A stretch of 53,825 nt of DNA. It comes from an uncultured Rhodospirillaceae bacterium. Lineage in GTDB: Bacteria; Pseudomonadota; Alphaproteobacteria; GCA-2731375. The stretch spans positions 2,285 to 56,109 of the forward strand of contig CAZDQC010000002.1 of assembly GCA_964507245.1 (NCBI GenBank). Reading direction: 5' to 3'. The first letter of the stretch is position 1. Each line of letters begins with the position of its first letter. The translations under genes were made by a program, and so were the position numbers. The notes under the pieces were generated by a model. The model saw nothing but the letters and a program-made list of their open reading frames with translations, did no database searches and was not told where the DNA came from. This document shows, in pieces, positions 8,933 to 17,314 of the stretch.

Positions 8933-10582
8933 ATGGTCCGAGAGCTTATGAACCCTTGTGGCATTGTTGCGAGCGAGGATATGCCACTTGCATCACGCGG
9001 CATGCATGACGGCCCGACGATAATTGGTCTGTTCTCAAATCAAAAAGCCAATGCGGATTTGTTCCTGGATAATATCCAGGCTTTGTTGTCCGATCGATTT
9101 GATGATGTGGAATTCCTCCGCGGCCAGAAATCGGCCTCTGTGCCGGCGGAATTCTCTGACGAGTTTTTGAATCGCTGCCATATGGTGGCGGCCGCCTTTG
9201 GCGATTGAGGTTCATGCACGTCGTGGTGTATCCATGACAGCATCAAGTTAGAGAAGCTGGGCATACCCACCGCCACAGTCTGCAGTGATGAATTTTACAG
9301 CTTGGGCAAGGCGGAAGCTCAATGCCTCGGCGTACCCGGCCTACCCATTGCAGTGGTGCCCCACCCGGTCGCAAAATTATTGCCTGATGAAGTGGCCGGC
9401 CTTGCCCGTGGCGTGGTGGATGAAATTTATCGTCTGTGGCATGAGGACGCGGACCATCTGCGCGCCGAGTTCAAAGAAAAACAACCGTCCGCAAAACAAC
9501 AATTACGATACAAGTCATTGTTCGAAGGGAATTATACCGCCCCCAATGCACCTGAACGTATGAATGGCCCAGACGATTTGGACGGCGTTAATCGCCTGTT
9601 CTATAGCAGAGGGTGGACCGACGGCCTTCCCATAATCCCGCCCACGCCGGGACGATACGAAAAGATGCTGAGCGGGACGAATCTTGATGTAAATCAACTG
9701 TTATCCTTGATCGAGCCTCGTCAAGGCAAGGCTACAATTGGTAAGGTAGCGGTCAATGCAGTTATGTCGGGCTGTCTGCCGGAACATTTGCCGGTGTTGG
9801 TGGCCGCCGCCAACGCTCTGGGCAATTCGGATCTGAACCTCAAAGCTCTGAATACCACCACGCACCCTTGTACGGTTCTGGCTATAATCAGCGGCCCCAT
9901 TGTTGAAGAAATCGATATTAACAGTACCTACAACGCCCTTGGCCAGGGCAGCCTAGCTAATGCCACGATTGGTCGGGCAATTAGGTCAATCCTGTTGAAT
10001 ATCGGTGGGGGCACGCCCGGGATCCTGGATCGGGCCACTATGGGCTCTCCGTCCAAATTTAGCTTCTGCTTTGGTGAAAGGGCCGACGAAAGCCCATGGG
10101 GCGAAACTCTGGCCATGGAGCGCGGTTTTGCCCCGAATCAAAATACTGTCACCCTGTGTGGGGTTGAGGGGCCGCACAATGTGAACGACCATTACGGCAA
10201 GACGGCCGAGGAAATCTTGCTGACGGTCGGCGGCACCATGGCGCAACCAGGGCTGAATAACAGCTATCTGGGTGGTGAAATTATTGTGGTTCTGGGGCCG
10301 GAACATGCCGACATCATCGCCAAGGACGGCTTTTCTAAATCTGATGTCCGAAAATTCTTAATGGAACATGCTCGGATACCGGCCCATGCTCTGTCCGATC
10401 CACAACGCGATATTATGCGTCAATATGTACCACATCGCCTTTTGGACAACGGCAAGGGCGATGCCCTGATTGTCACTTCTCATGATGAAATTTTATTGAC
10501 GGTGGCTGGTGGCGCGGGTCGCCACTCGGCGATTATTCCCTCGTTCGGCAACACCAGGGCGGTGACTGAGATCATTGGATGA
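8933..10582 (+). CDS. UGSC-family selenoprotein (Sec at codon 92, TGA 9206-9208) fused to a C-terminal GWTDGLP domain of unknown function; 549 aa
   Basis: AGGAG RBS at 8918-8922. ORFs 8933..9208 and 9302..10582 are in frame (offset 369 nt). The gap translates without another stop: [43 protein letters not shown], a U-x-x-C motif. Confidence 0.9.
9209..9240 (+). promoter_or_regulatory. Candidate bacterial SECIS hairpin
   Basis: Directly after the TGA: TCATG(9212-16) pairs with CATGA(9233-37), and CAC or TGCAC pairs with GTG or GTGTA around a loop starting with G (GTCGTG). Folded by eye only. Confidence 0.5.
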
Positions 10583-10802
10583 GCCTTGCGGGCGCCTGGA
10601 TAGGTCTCCCTTGGATGACATGCCAATTACAATGGCCAGGCCAAAGAAAATCATGGCCACTGCCCATGTTGTTTCAGACATCAGAACTCTAGCGAACTGA
10701 AAATCTTTTGCAGTGTGCTGGATGCGAGCACAGGTTAATTCTGAGACAATCTCAAAAGCGCCAGAGAACTAAATTTTATAAATCGTCTCATGGGTCATAG
10801 GC

Positions 10803-12185
10803 CTATAAAGCCTTAACGATGTCGTCGATCATTTTCTTCGCGTCGGCGAACAGCATCATGGTGTTGTCGGCATAGAACAATTCGTTATCGATGCCGGCAT
10901 AGCCGGGCGACAGGCTACGCTTGACGAACAGGCAGGTTCGGGCTCGATCCACGTCCAGGATAGGCATGCCAGCGATAGGGGAGTTTGGCTCGTGAGCCGC
11001 CGGGTTAGTAACGTCGTTAGCCCCGATGACGAAGGCCACGTCGGCATTAGCAAAATCGGAGTTAATCTCCTCTAATTCGAACACTTCATCATACGAGACA
11101 TTCGCCTCGGCCAATAGCACATTCATATGGCCGGGCATGCGTCCAGCCACGGGATGGATAGCGTAAGTCACCTTGACCCCATGCTCTTTGAGCAAATCGC
11201 CCATGTCACGCACGGAATGCTGGGCCTGTGCCACAGCCAGACCGTAGCCGGGCACGATAATGACGGACGAGGCATTCTTCATAATATAGGCAGCATCGTC
11301 CGCGCTGCCTGCCTTTACAGGCTTGTCACTTTGGGTTCCAGTGGCGATAGCGTCACCGCCAAATCCGCCAAGCAGAACTGAGATGAAGGAGCGGTTCATG
11401 GCCTTGCACATGATATAGGATAGAATCGCACCGGACGAACCCACTAGGGCACCAGTGATAATCAGGGCGATGTTTTCCAACGTGAAACCGATGCCGGCTG
11501 CTGCCCAGCCCGAATAACTGTTAAGCATCGAAACGATCACCGGCATATCCGCTCCGCCGATGGGAATGATTAGCAAAAGGCCGAGCGCAAAGGCCAGGAT
11601 GGTCATAGCCCAAAACCATCCAGCCGCCGGCTCAATTGTGAATAGAACAACTAGAATGAGGATTGCCACACCCATGGCAGCGTTGAGGGCATGCTGGCCT
11701 GGAAAGACGATGGGATTGCCTGTGACAACACCTTGCAACTTGCCAAAGGCGATGATGGAGCCGGAAAAGGTAATAGCGCCGATCACCACGCCAATCCCCA
11801 TTTCGATTCGGCTAGCCAGCTTTAGCAACCCGTCGTCGCCGGCGATGTCGTAGGCACCCGGGTTGTAAAATGCCGCCGCTGCCACCAGAACGGCGGCTAA
11901 ACCCACTAGACTATGGAAGGCGGCGACTAGCTGCGGCATGTCGGTCATGGCAATGCGCCGGGCGATAATGGCTCCGATAGCACCGCCTGCGACCATCGCG
12001 CCCAAAATCCATTCGTAGGAGACAACGTCTGGATTGATCACCGTTGCAACCACGGCGATTGCCATGCCGATCATGCCGTAAATATTGCCGCTGCGGGCAT
12101 TTTCGGGCGATGACAAGCCGCGCAGGGCCATAATGAACAGGACCGAAGCGATCAGATATGCCAGGGCCGTCAAATTTGCCGACAT
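10803..12185 (-). CDS. pntB: NAD(P) transhydrogenase subunit beta
   Basis: MTDMPQLVAAFHSLVG, IGGADMPV, NSYSGWA, VPGYG, HPVAGRMPGHMNVLLAEA, GANDVTNPAA. Confidence 0.98.
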   Translation of the reverse strand: MSANLTALAYLIASVLFIMALRGLSSPENARSGNIYGMIGMAIAVVATVINPDVVSYEWILGAMVAGGAIGAIIARRIAMTDMPQLVAAFHSLVGLAAVLVAAAAFYNPGAYDIAGDDGLLKLASRIEMGIGVVIGAITFSGSIIAFGKLQGVVTGNPIVFPGQHALNAAMGVAILILVVLFTIEPAAGWFWAMTILAFALGLLLIIPIGGADMPVIVSMLNSYSGWAAAGIGFTLENIALIITGALVGSSGAILSYIMCKAMNRSFISVLLGGFGGDAIATGTQSDKPVKAGSADDAAYIMKNASSVIIVPGYGLAVAQAQHSVRDMGDLLKEHGVKVTYAIHPVAGRMPGHMNVLLAEANVSYDEVFELEEINSDFANADVAFVIGANDVTNPAAHEPNSPIAGMPILDVDRARTCLFVKRSLSPGYAGIDNELFYADNTMMLFADAKKMIDDIVKAL

Positions 12186-12197
12186 GACCGGGCGCCC

Positions 12198-12497
12198 CTA
12201 TTGCTTTTTCTTGTACATGGCCAGCATTCGCTGGGTAACAAGAAAGCCGCCAAATATATTCACGGCGGCCAATCCAATGGCGATCACTCCCAAAATCTTG
12301 GACAAAGTCATGTCCGGCGGTCCAGCTGCGATTACGGCGCCGACGATGATAACTGAGGAAATCGCATTAGTTACACTCATCAATGGTGTATGAAGGGCTG
12401 CTGTGACTGACCAGACCACGTAATACCCCACAAATATTGCCAGAAAGAAGATCGCTAGGCGGTAAATGAATGGATCAATGTCATTGGCCACATCCAT
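12198..12497 (-). CDS. pntAb: NAD(P) transhydrogenase subunit alpha part 2 (membrane)
   Basis: ALHTPLMSVTNAISS and NIFGGFLVTQRML motifs. Confidence 0.96.
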   Translation of the reverse strand: MDVANDIDPFIYRLAIFFLAIFVGYYVVWSVTAALHTPLMSVTNAISSVIIVGAVIAAGPPDMTLSKILGVIAIGLAAVNIFGGFLVTQRMLAMYKKKQ

Positions 12498-12503
12498 GGA
12501 CGT

Positions 12504-13658
12504 TTATTCCTTCGTACACAACAAGGGATGAATAACAGCGCCACCCTTGGTCAGGCAGACGCCCGAAACCGTCTCATCTTCGAAATTGAAGGAAATGCCA
12601 CCATTTTCGCTATCAATATGTGGCGAAAGAAAATTGAACAGATTGCGGGCATACAGTTCCGAGGCGTCGGCCGCGACCCGGGCCGGAAAATTAGCATGAC
12701 CAATAATCTTAATTCCTTTCACATCCTTAACCGTTCCCATTTCTGACAAGGCGCAATTGCCGCCATTCTCCACTGCCAGGTCGACGATAACAGAGCCCGG
12801 TTTCATCGACGCTACCATGGTTTCATCTACCAAGACCGGTGCTGCTTGGCCGGGGATCAGCGCCGTGCAGATGACAATATCCTGTTTGGAGATGGTTTCC
12901 GAGATTAGAGCTGCCTGTTTCTTCTGATATTCCCCGCTCATTTGCTTGGCATAGCCAGTTTCAGTTTCGGCCTGGGTGCTTTCCTCGTCATCGACCATTA
13001 TAAATTTGGCGCCCAGGCTTTCCACTTGCTCTTTTGTAGCAGGACGCACATCGGTGGCGGAGACCACGGCCCCTAATCGTCGGGCCGTGGCAATAGCCTG
13101 CAGGCCTGCGACCCCAGCGCCCATGACAAAGACCTTGGCCGGCGTAATGGTGCCCGCTGCCGTCATCATCATCGGCAGGGCACGGCCGAATTCTTCGGTC
13201 GCATCCAGCACAGATTTGTAGCCGGCTAAATTAGCTTGGCTGGATAACACGTCCATACTTTGCGCCCGGGTGATACGAGGCATCAATTCCATGGCAAAGG
13301 CATCGATGCCCGCTTCCGCATAGACTTCACAGTCAGCACGCCGGATAAGAGGGTTCAACATGGCGATCAGCACCTGCCCTGATTTCATAAATGCTAGCTC
13401 ATTATCCCTATCCGCCTCATCCAAAATCGGACGACGTACCTTCAGGATCACATCCGCGCCGTCGAGCGTGCCGGCTGCATCCGAGGCGATCGTAGCACCG
13501 GCCTGCTGATAATCCGCGTTGGAAATATAGGCGCCTGCTCCGGCATCAGCCTCGACCGCCACTTCAGCACCAAGTCCCACGAACTTCTTCACAGTTTCTG
13601 GCGTTGCCGCCACCCGCCGCTCACCGGTTCGCCGTTCTTTTAATACGGCAATTTTCAT
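12504..13658 (-). CDS. pntAa: NAD(P) transhydrogenase subunit alpha part 1 (dI)
   Basis: Starts MKIAVLKE..ERRVAATPETV; contains PRITRAQSMDVLSSQ, GAGVAGLQA, TALIPG. Confidence 0.97.
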   Translation of the reverse strand: MKIAVLKERRTGERRVAATPETVKKFVGLGAEVAVEADAGAGAYISNADYQQAGATIASDAAGTLDGADVILKVRRPILDEADRDNELAFMKSGQVLIAMLNPLIRRADCEVYAEAGIDAFAMELMPRITRAQSMDVLSSQANLAGYKSVLDATEEFGRALPMMMTAAGTITPAKVFVMGAGVAGLQAIATARRLGAVVSATDVRPATKEQVESLGAKFIMVDDEESTQAETETGYAKQMSGEYQKKQAALISETISKQDIVICTALIPGQAAPVLVDETMVASMKPGSVIVDLAVENGGNCALSEMGTVKDVKGIKIIGHANFPARVAADASELYARNLFNFLSPHIDSENGGISFNFEDETVSGVCLTKGGAVIHPLLCTKE

Positions 13659-13705
13659 ATATTTAACCCTGAAAGGGAGTCTAGAACGTTCAGAAGAATC
13701 CGCGG

Positions 13706-13733
13706 AATATAGCAAGTCGAGCGCATCAAGCAA
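13706..13733 (-). promoter_or_regulatory. Possible sigma70-type promoter of the pnt operon
   Basis: Minus strand TTGCTT-N16-TATATT, about 50 nt upstream of the pntAa ATG. Confidence 0.3.
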
Positions 13734-13985
13734 CGTATCGATTTTCTCTAACAATATTAATTTGTACGGATAATAAATTTTCCGCGCGGATCTGGAGAAA
13801 AAGTAGGATGCATAATTGGCCCCAATTTGGGGCACAGCGATGCTTCGATTTGATCACGCTATGCAAGGACCAGCATCATGGATACAAACAAAATTAGCGA
13901 CACTTTCTCAATATACTGCTTCATGTCTATGTATTTGGTTCTCTAGTGCGCTGAATATTGTTTGATTATACGAAGGAGCATCCTC

Positions 13986-14051
13986 ATGCCTCGGCGATAC
14001 CCCTGTTTTCCGACATGCTATTGCGCAAAGTGCCGGAAGTGTATCTCTTAG
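13986..14051 (+). CDS. Candidate 21-aa Cys-rich peptide MPRRYPCFPTCYCAKCRKCIS
   Basis: GAAGGAG 7 nt before the ATG; 5 Cys in 21 aa; below the ORF-track cutoff. Confidence 0.3.
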   Translation: MPRRYPCFPTCYCAKCRKCIS

Positions 14052-14084
14052 GACTGGGCGTAGGATCTGCAGGTGTCAGCGCAG

Positions 14085-15443
14085 TCAGGGCATATCCAGA
14101 TTGAATTTCTTGAGTACGCAATTTTGTTTTCTCCGCATCTTTTCGAGATCAAATTCTTCGATCAAATCATGGAAATGTCGGAACCAGTTCACTTCTGCGT
14201 TAAGATGCATAAAGACACCTCCCAGGCCAATGGCGGCCCGGTCCATGAAGACGAATTCCTGAGGTGGACGGACGCCGCCCAACTCGCGCAGACCGCGATG
14301 GACCTTTTCCGCCACATCTCTTCCATAGACACCAGATCCGCTGTCTTCGCGTATGCGACGGCTACGGTCTTCCAAAAGTGGGCCGTAGACGAAATTGGCC
14401 CATAAATTCAAAGTTTCAATCACTTCCTTATTTAGATCCGTGAACCCCCAGGTTTCATAGGCATGCACTGCCAAATCCTGGTTATTATCGCGTAAGGCGC
14501 GGTAGAGATCGATTACACCTCGAACGAACTTCGCCTCGAACACCCGAACGCAGCCAAAATCCAGCAAATTTACGTCCAGGTCCGGTCGGACGGAGTAGTT
14601 CCCAAGATGCGGATCGCCATGTATCACTCCGGTGCTATATAATGGTACGTACCAAGCGCGAAACATGTTCAAGGCAATTGTGTTGCGGGTTTCCAGATCG
14701 GCCTCGCGGAATTCCAATAATGGCCGGCCACCTAGCCAGTTCATGGTCAGCAGACGCTTAGTGGATAGATTTTGTATAATCTTGGGCACGTGTATGTTTT
14801 TTTCACCCTTAAGTATTTCGGCGAACAGTCCCATGTGCCGGCCTTCCCGGTCGTAATCTAGCTCCTCCCGCAAACGCTCGCTGATTTCCTTGTGCACATT
14901 GGTGGTGTCGATAGTGCGGTCATAACGCTGATAGACAGAGAATATTAGTTTGAGTTGCGCCAGGTCAGCTTCCACTGCTGAATTCATGTCGGGGTACTGT
15001 AATTTACAAGCTAGTTTCACCCCACCCAGTACCGCGCGATGTACCTGACCTAACGAGGCTGCTGCAGCGGCCTGATGTTCGAAGCTGTCAAAACAATTCT
15101 GCCAGTCGGGGCCCAGTTCTGCAGCCATGCGTCGCTTGACGAATAGCCAGCCCATAGCTGGGGCATTGGATTGCAACTGGATCAATTCCTGAACGTATTC
15201 CTGCGGTAGCGCCTCAGGAATTGTGGCAAGGATTTGCGCCACTTTCATCAATGGACCCTTCAAGCCACCAAGGGCATTTTTCAAATCTTTGGCATGGGCC
15301 GGCCGGTCAATGGAAATTCCGAACACACGGTCGCCCGCCAGACGCGCTGCTAGGCCACCCACGGCCGTGCCAACCTTGGCATACCGGCGCATGCGACCCG
15401 TGACGCTATCGCCCTCACCATCTCTTGTTTGGTCTTTACTCAT
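14085..15443 (-). CDS. AarF/ABC1/UbiB family atypical kinase
   Basis: LKGPLMKVAQ, AAASLGQVH, KLQYP, EELDY, HGDPHLGN, LLDFG. Confidence 0.95.
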   Translation of the reverse strand: MSKDQTRDGEGDSVTGRMRRYAKVGTAVGGLAARLAGDRVFGISIDRPAHAKDLKNALGGLKGPLMKVAQILATIPEALPQEYVQELIQLQSNAPAMGWLFVKRRMAAELGPDWQNCFDSFEHQAAAAASLGQVHRAVLGGVKLACKLQYPDMNSAVEADLAQLKLIFSVYQRYDRTIDTTNVHKEISERLREELDYDREGRHMGLFAEILKGEKNIHVPKIIQNLSTKRLLTMNWLGGRPLLEFREADLETRNTIALNMFRAWYVPLYSTGVIHGDPHLGNYSVRPDLDVNLLDFGCVRVFEAKFVRGVIDLYRALRDNNQDLAVHAYETWGFTDLNKEVIETLNLWANFVYGPLLEDRSRRIREDSGSGVYGRDVAEKVHRGLRELGGVRPPQEFVFMDRAAIGLGGVFMHLNAEVNWFRHFHDLIEEFDLEKMRRKQNCVLKKFNLDMP

Positions 15444-15452
15444 GACGCGTTT

Positions 15453-17222
15453 TCAGGACAGCGCCTCCAATTCATCGACGAATCCCTCCATCACGCCCAA
15501 TCCTTGTTGCCAAAACAGAGGATCGGTTGCATCCAACCCAAATGGAGCCAGCAATTCCTTGTGTCGCAAGGTACCGCCCGCACTTAACATGTCCATATAC
15601 TTCTCCGCGAAACCATCTTCGGCCTTTTGATAGACGGCATACAATGAATTCACCAGACAGTCACCGAATGCATATGCATAGACATAAAATGGGGAATGGA
15701 TGAAGTGGGGGATGTAGCACCAGAAATTTGCAAATTCTCCGTGCAGCCGGATGGCAGGACCCAGGCTTTCCTCCTGTACTGCCATCCAAATCTCGCCGAT
15801 TCGCTCTACTGACAGTTCGCCCTGACGCCGTTCTTCATGCAAGCATCGTTCGAACTGGTAAAAAGCGATCTGACGCACCACGGTGTTAAGCATGTCCTCG
15901 GTCTTGCCGGCCAACATGGCCTTGCGCCTAGCCGGTTTCGTTTCCCGGTCCAATAATGCGCGAAATGTCAATTGTTCACCGAACACGCTGGCAGTTTCCG
16001 CAAGTGTTAGTGGCGTATTCGCCATTAAGGCACCCTGCCCGCCTGCTAGGATTTGATGCACGCCATGGCCTAATTCGTGTGCCAGTGTCATGACGTCCCG
16101 CGTGCGCCCCTGGTAGTTCAAAAGGAGATAGGGGTGGGCTGATGGAACTGTGGGATGGGAAAATGCACCGGAAGATTTGCCCAGGCTGGTGGGCGCATCG
16201 ATCCAGGCATTGTCAAAAAACCGCCGCCCTACATCCGCCATGGCGGGTGAAAACCGGTGATATGCCTCCAATATCAGATCGCGCGCGGCATCAAATGTAT
16301 AGGTGAGTTGATCATCACCGGGCAGCGGTGCGTTGCGGTCCCAGTAGTCTAAGGTCTCTTGCCCGAACCACCTTGCCTTAAGGGAGTAATATCGATGCGA
16401 CAGGCGTGGATAGGCCTCCTGTACCGCATCGGCCAGGGCTTCTACGATTTCGTTTTCCAGCAGATTAGAAAGGTGCCGCGAACTGTCTGGCCTAGCAAAT
16501 TTCCGCCACTTGTCGTCAATTTCTTTGTCCTTGACTAAAGTGTTTGTGATCAACGCAAAAAGATTTTTTTGTTTTTCAAATCCTTGGCCTAGCACCTTAG
16601 CGGCGGTTCTTCGTTTGCTTGTATCCGGCTCCGACAACAGATGTAAGGTCTTTTCTAGTGAAAGCTGCTCGCCATCTATATCGAACCGTATGTCAGCTAT
16701 GGTTTCGTCGAACAACCGTACCCAAGATGCCCGCCCTGTCATCTGTTTTTCATGCAGTAATTGTTCTTGCTCATCGGGCAATTGATGGGATCGGCTGGCC
16801 CGCACATCCCGCAACCAAGGGGAATACCGGGCTAGGCTCTCGTTGGCCTCAAGCAGGGCCTGCATGGCATCGTCCTCGATCCGATTCAGCTCCAACGTAA
16901 AAAAGATCAGCTTCGAGATGATGGAGTTCAACCTTTCCATGGTGGTTTGAAAAAAACGGCCGGCCTCGCGGTCGGACACCTTGGTGGCATGATAAAGCTG
17001 AGCGTAACTGGAAATACGGCCCAACAAATCCTCGGCTGCCTCATAGTGTTGGACAGCATCACTCAATTCGGCGGCCGACAATGAAACAACCTTGCCGCAA
17101 TAATCGTTGTTGAAATTTTTGGCGGCGGCATCTGCCCGGTCTAAATCGGCCGCTAATTCAGCTGCTTCAGGGCCACTATAAAGGTCGCTCAGATCCCATC
17201 GGGGCAGATTTCCAAGGTTCAT
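15453..17222 (-). CDS. pepF: M3 family oligoendopeptidase F
   Basis: LPRWDLSDLY N-terminus, HELGH zinc motif, LAETAS, IPHFIHSPFYVYAY. Confidence 0.95.
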   Translation of the reverse strand: MNLGNLPRWDLSDLYSGPEAAELAADLDRADAAAKNFNNDYCGKVVSLSAAELSDAVQHYEAAEDLLGRISSYAQLYHATKVSDREAGRFFQTTMERLNSIISKLIFFTLELNRIEDDAMQALLEANESLARYSPWLRDVRASRSHQLPDEQEQLLHEKQMTGRASWVRLFDETIADIRFDIDGEQLSLEKTLHLLSEPDTSKRRTAAKVLGQGFEKQKNLFALITNTLVKDKEIDDKWRKFARPDSSRHLSNLLENEIVEALADAVQEAYPRLSHRYYSLKARWFGQETLDYWDRNAPLPGDDQLTYTFDAARDLILEAYHRFSPAMADVGRRFFDNAWIDAPTSLGKSSGAFSHPTVPSAHPYLLLNYQGRTRDVMTLAHELGHGVHQILAGGQGALMANTPLTLAETASVFGEQLTFRALLDRETKPARRKAMLAGKTEDMLNTVVRQIAFYQFERCLHEERRQGELSVERIGEIWMAVQEESLGPAIRLHGEFANFWCYIPHFIHSPFYVYAYAFGDCLVNSLYAVYQKAEDGFAEKYMDMLSAGGTLRHKELLAPFGLDATDPLFWQQGLGVMEGFVDELEALS

Positions 17223-17314
17223 ATGTCAGTTTCCCATCAATTACAACTTGTCCCGAAATGGCACAGGCATTACATTTTTCAAAACATAAGTAGGGAGGGA
17301 CTGGGGCAAGAGCA

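Noticed and set aside
9206-9208. TGA read as Trp or Gly under an alternative genetic code
   Set aside because: Many conserved genes here end at TGA at their normal C-termini (gltD, psd, RND adaptor, including ATGA overlaps), so TGA is a general stop and this readthrough is site-specific.
13659-13835. 59-aa N-terminal extension of PntAa in the ORF track
   Set aside because: PntA homology starts at MKIAVLKE (13658); the extension overlaps AT-rich promoter-like sequence.
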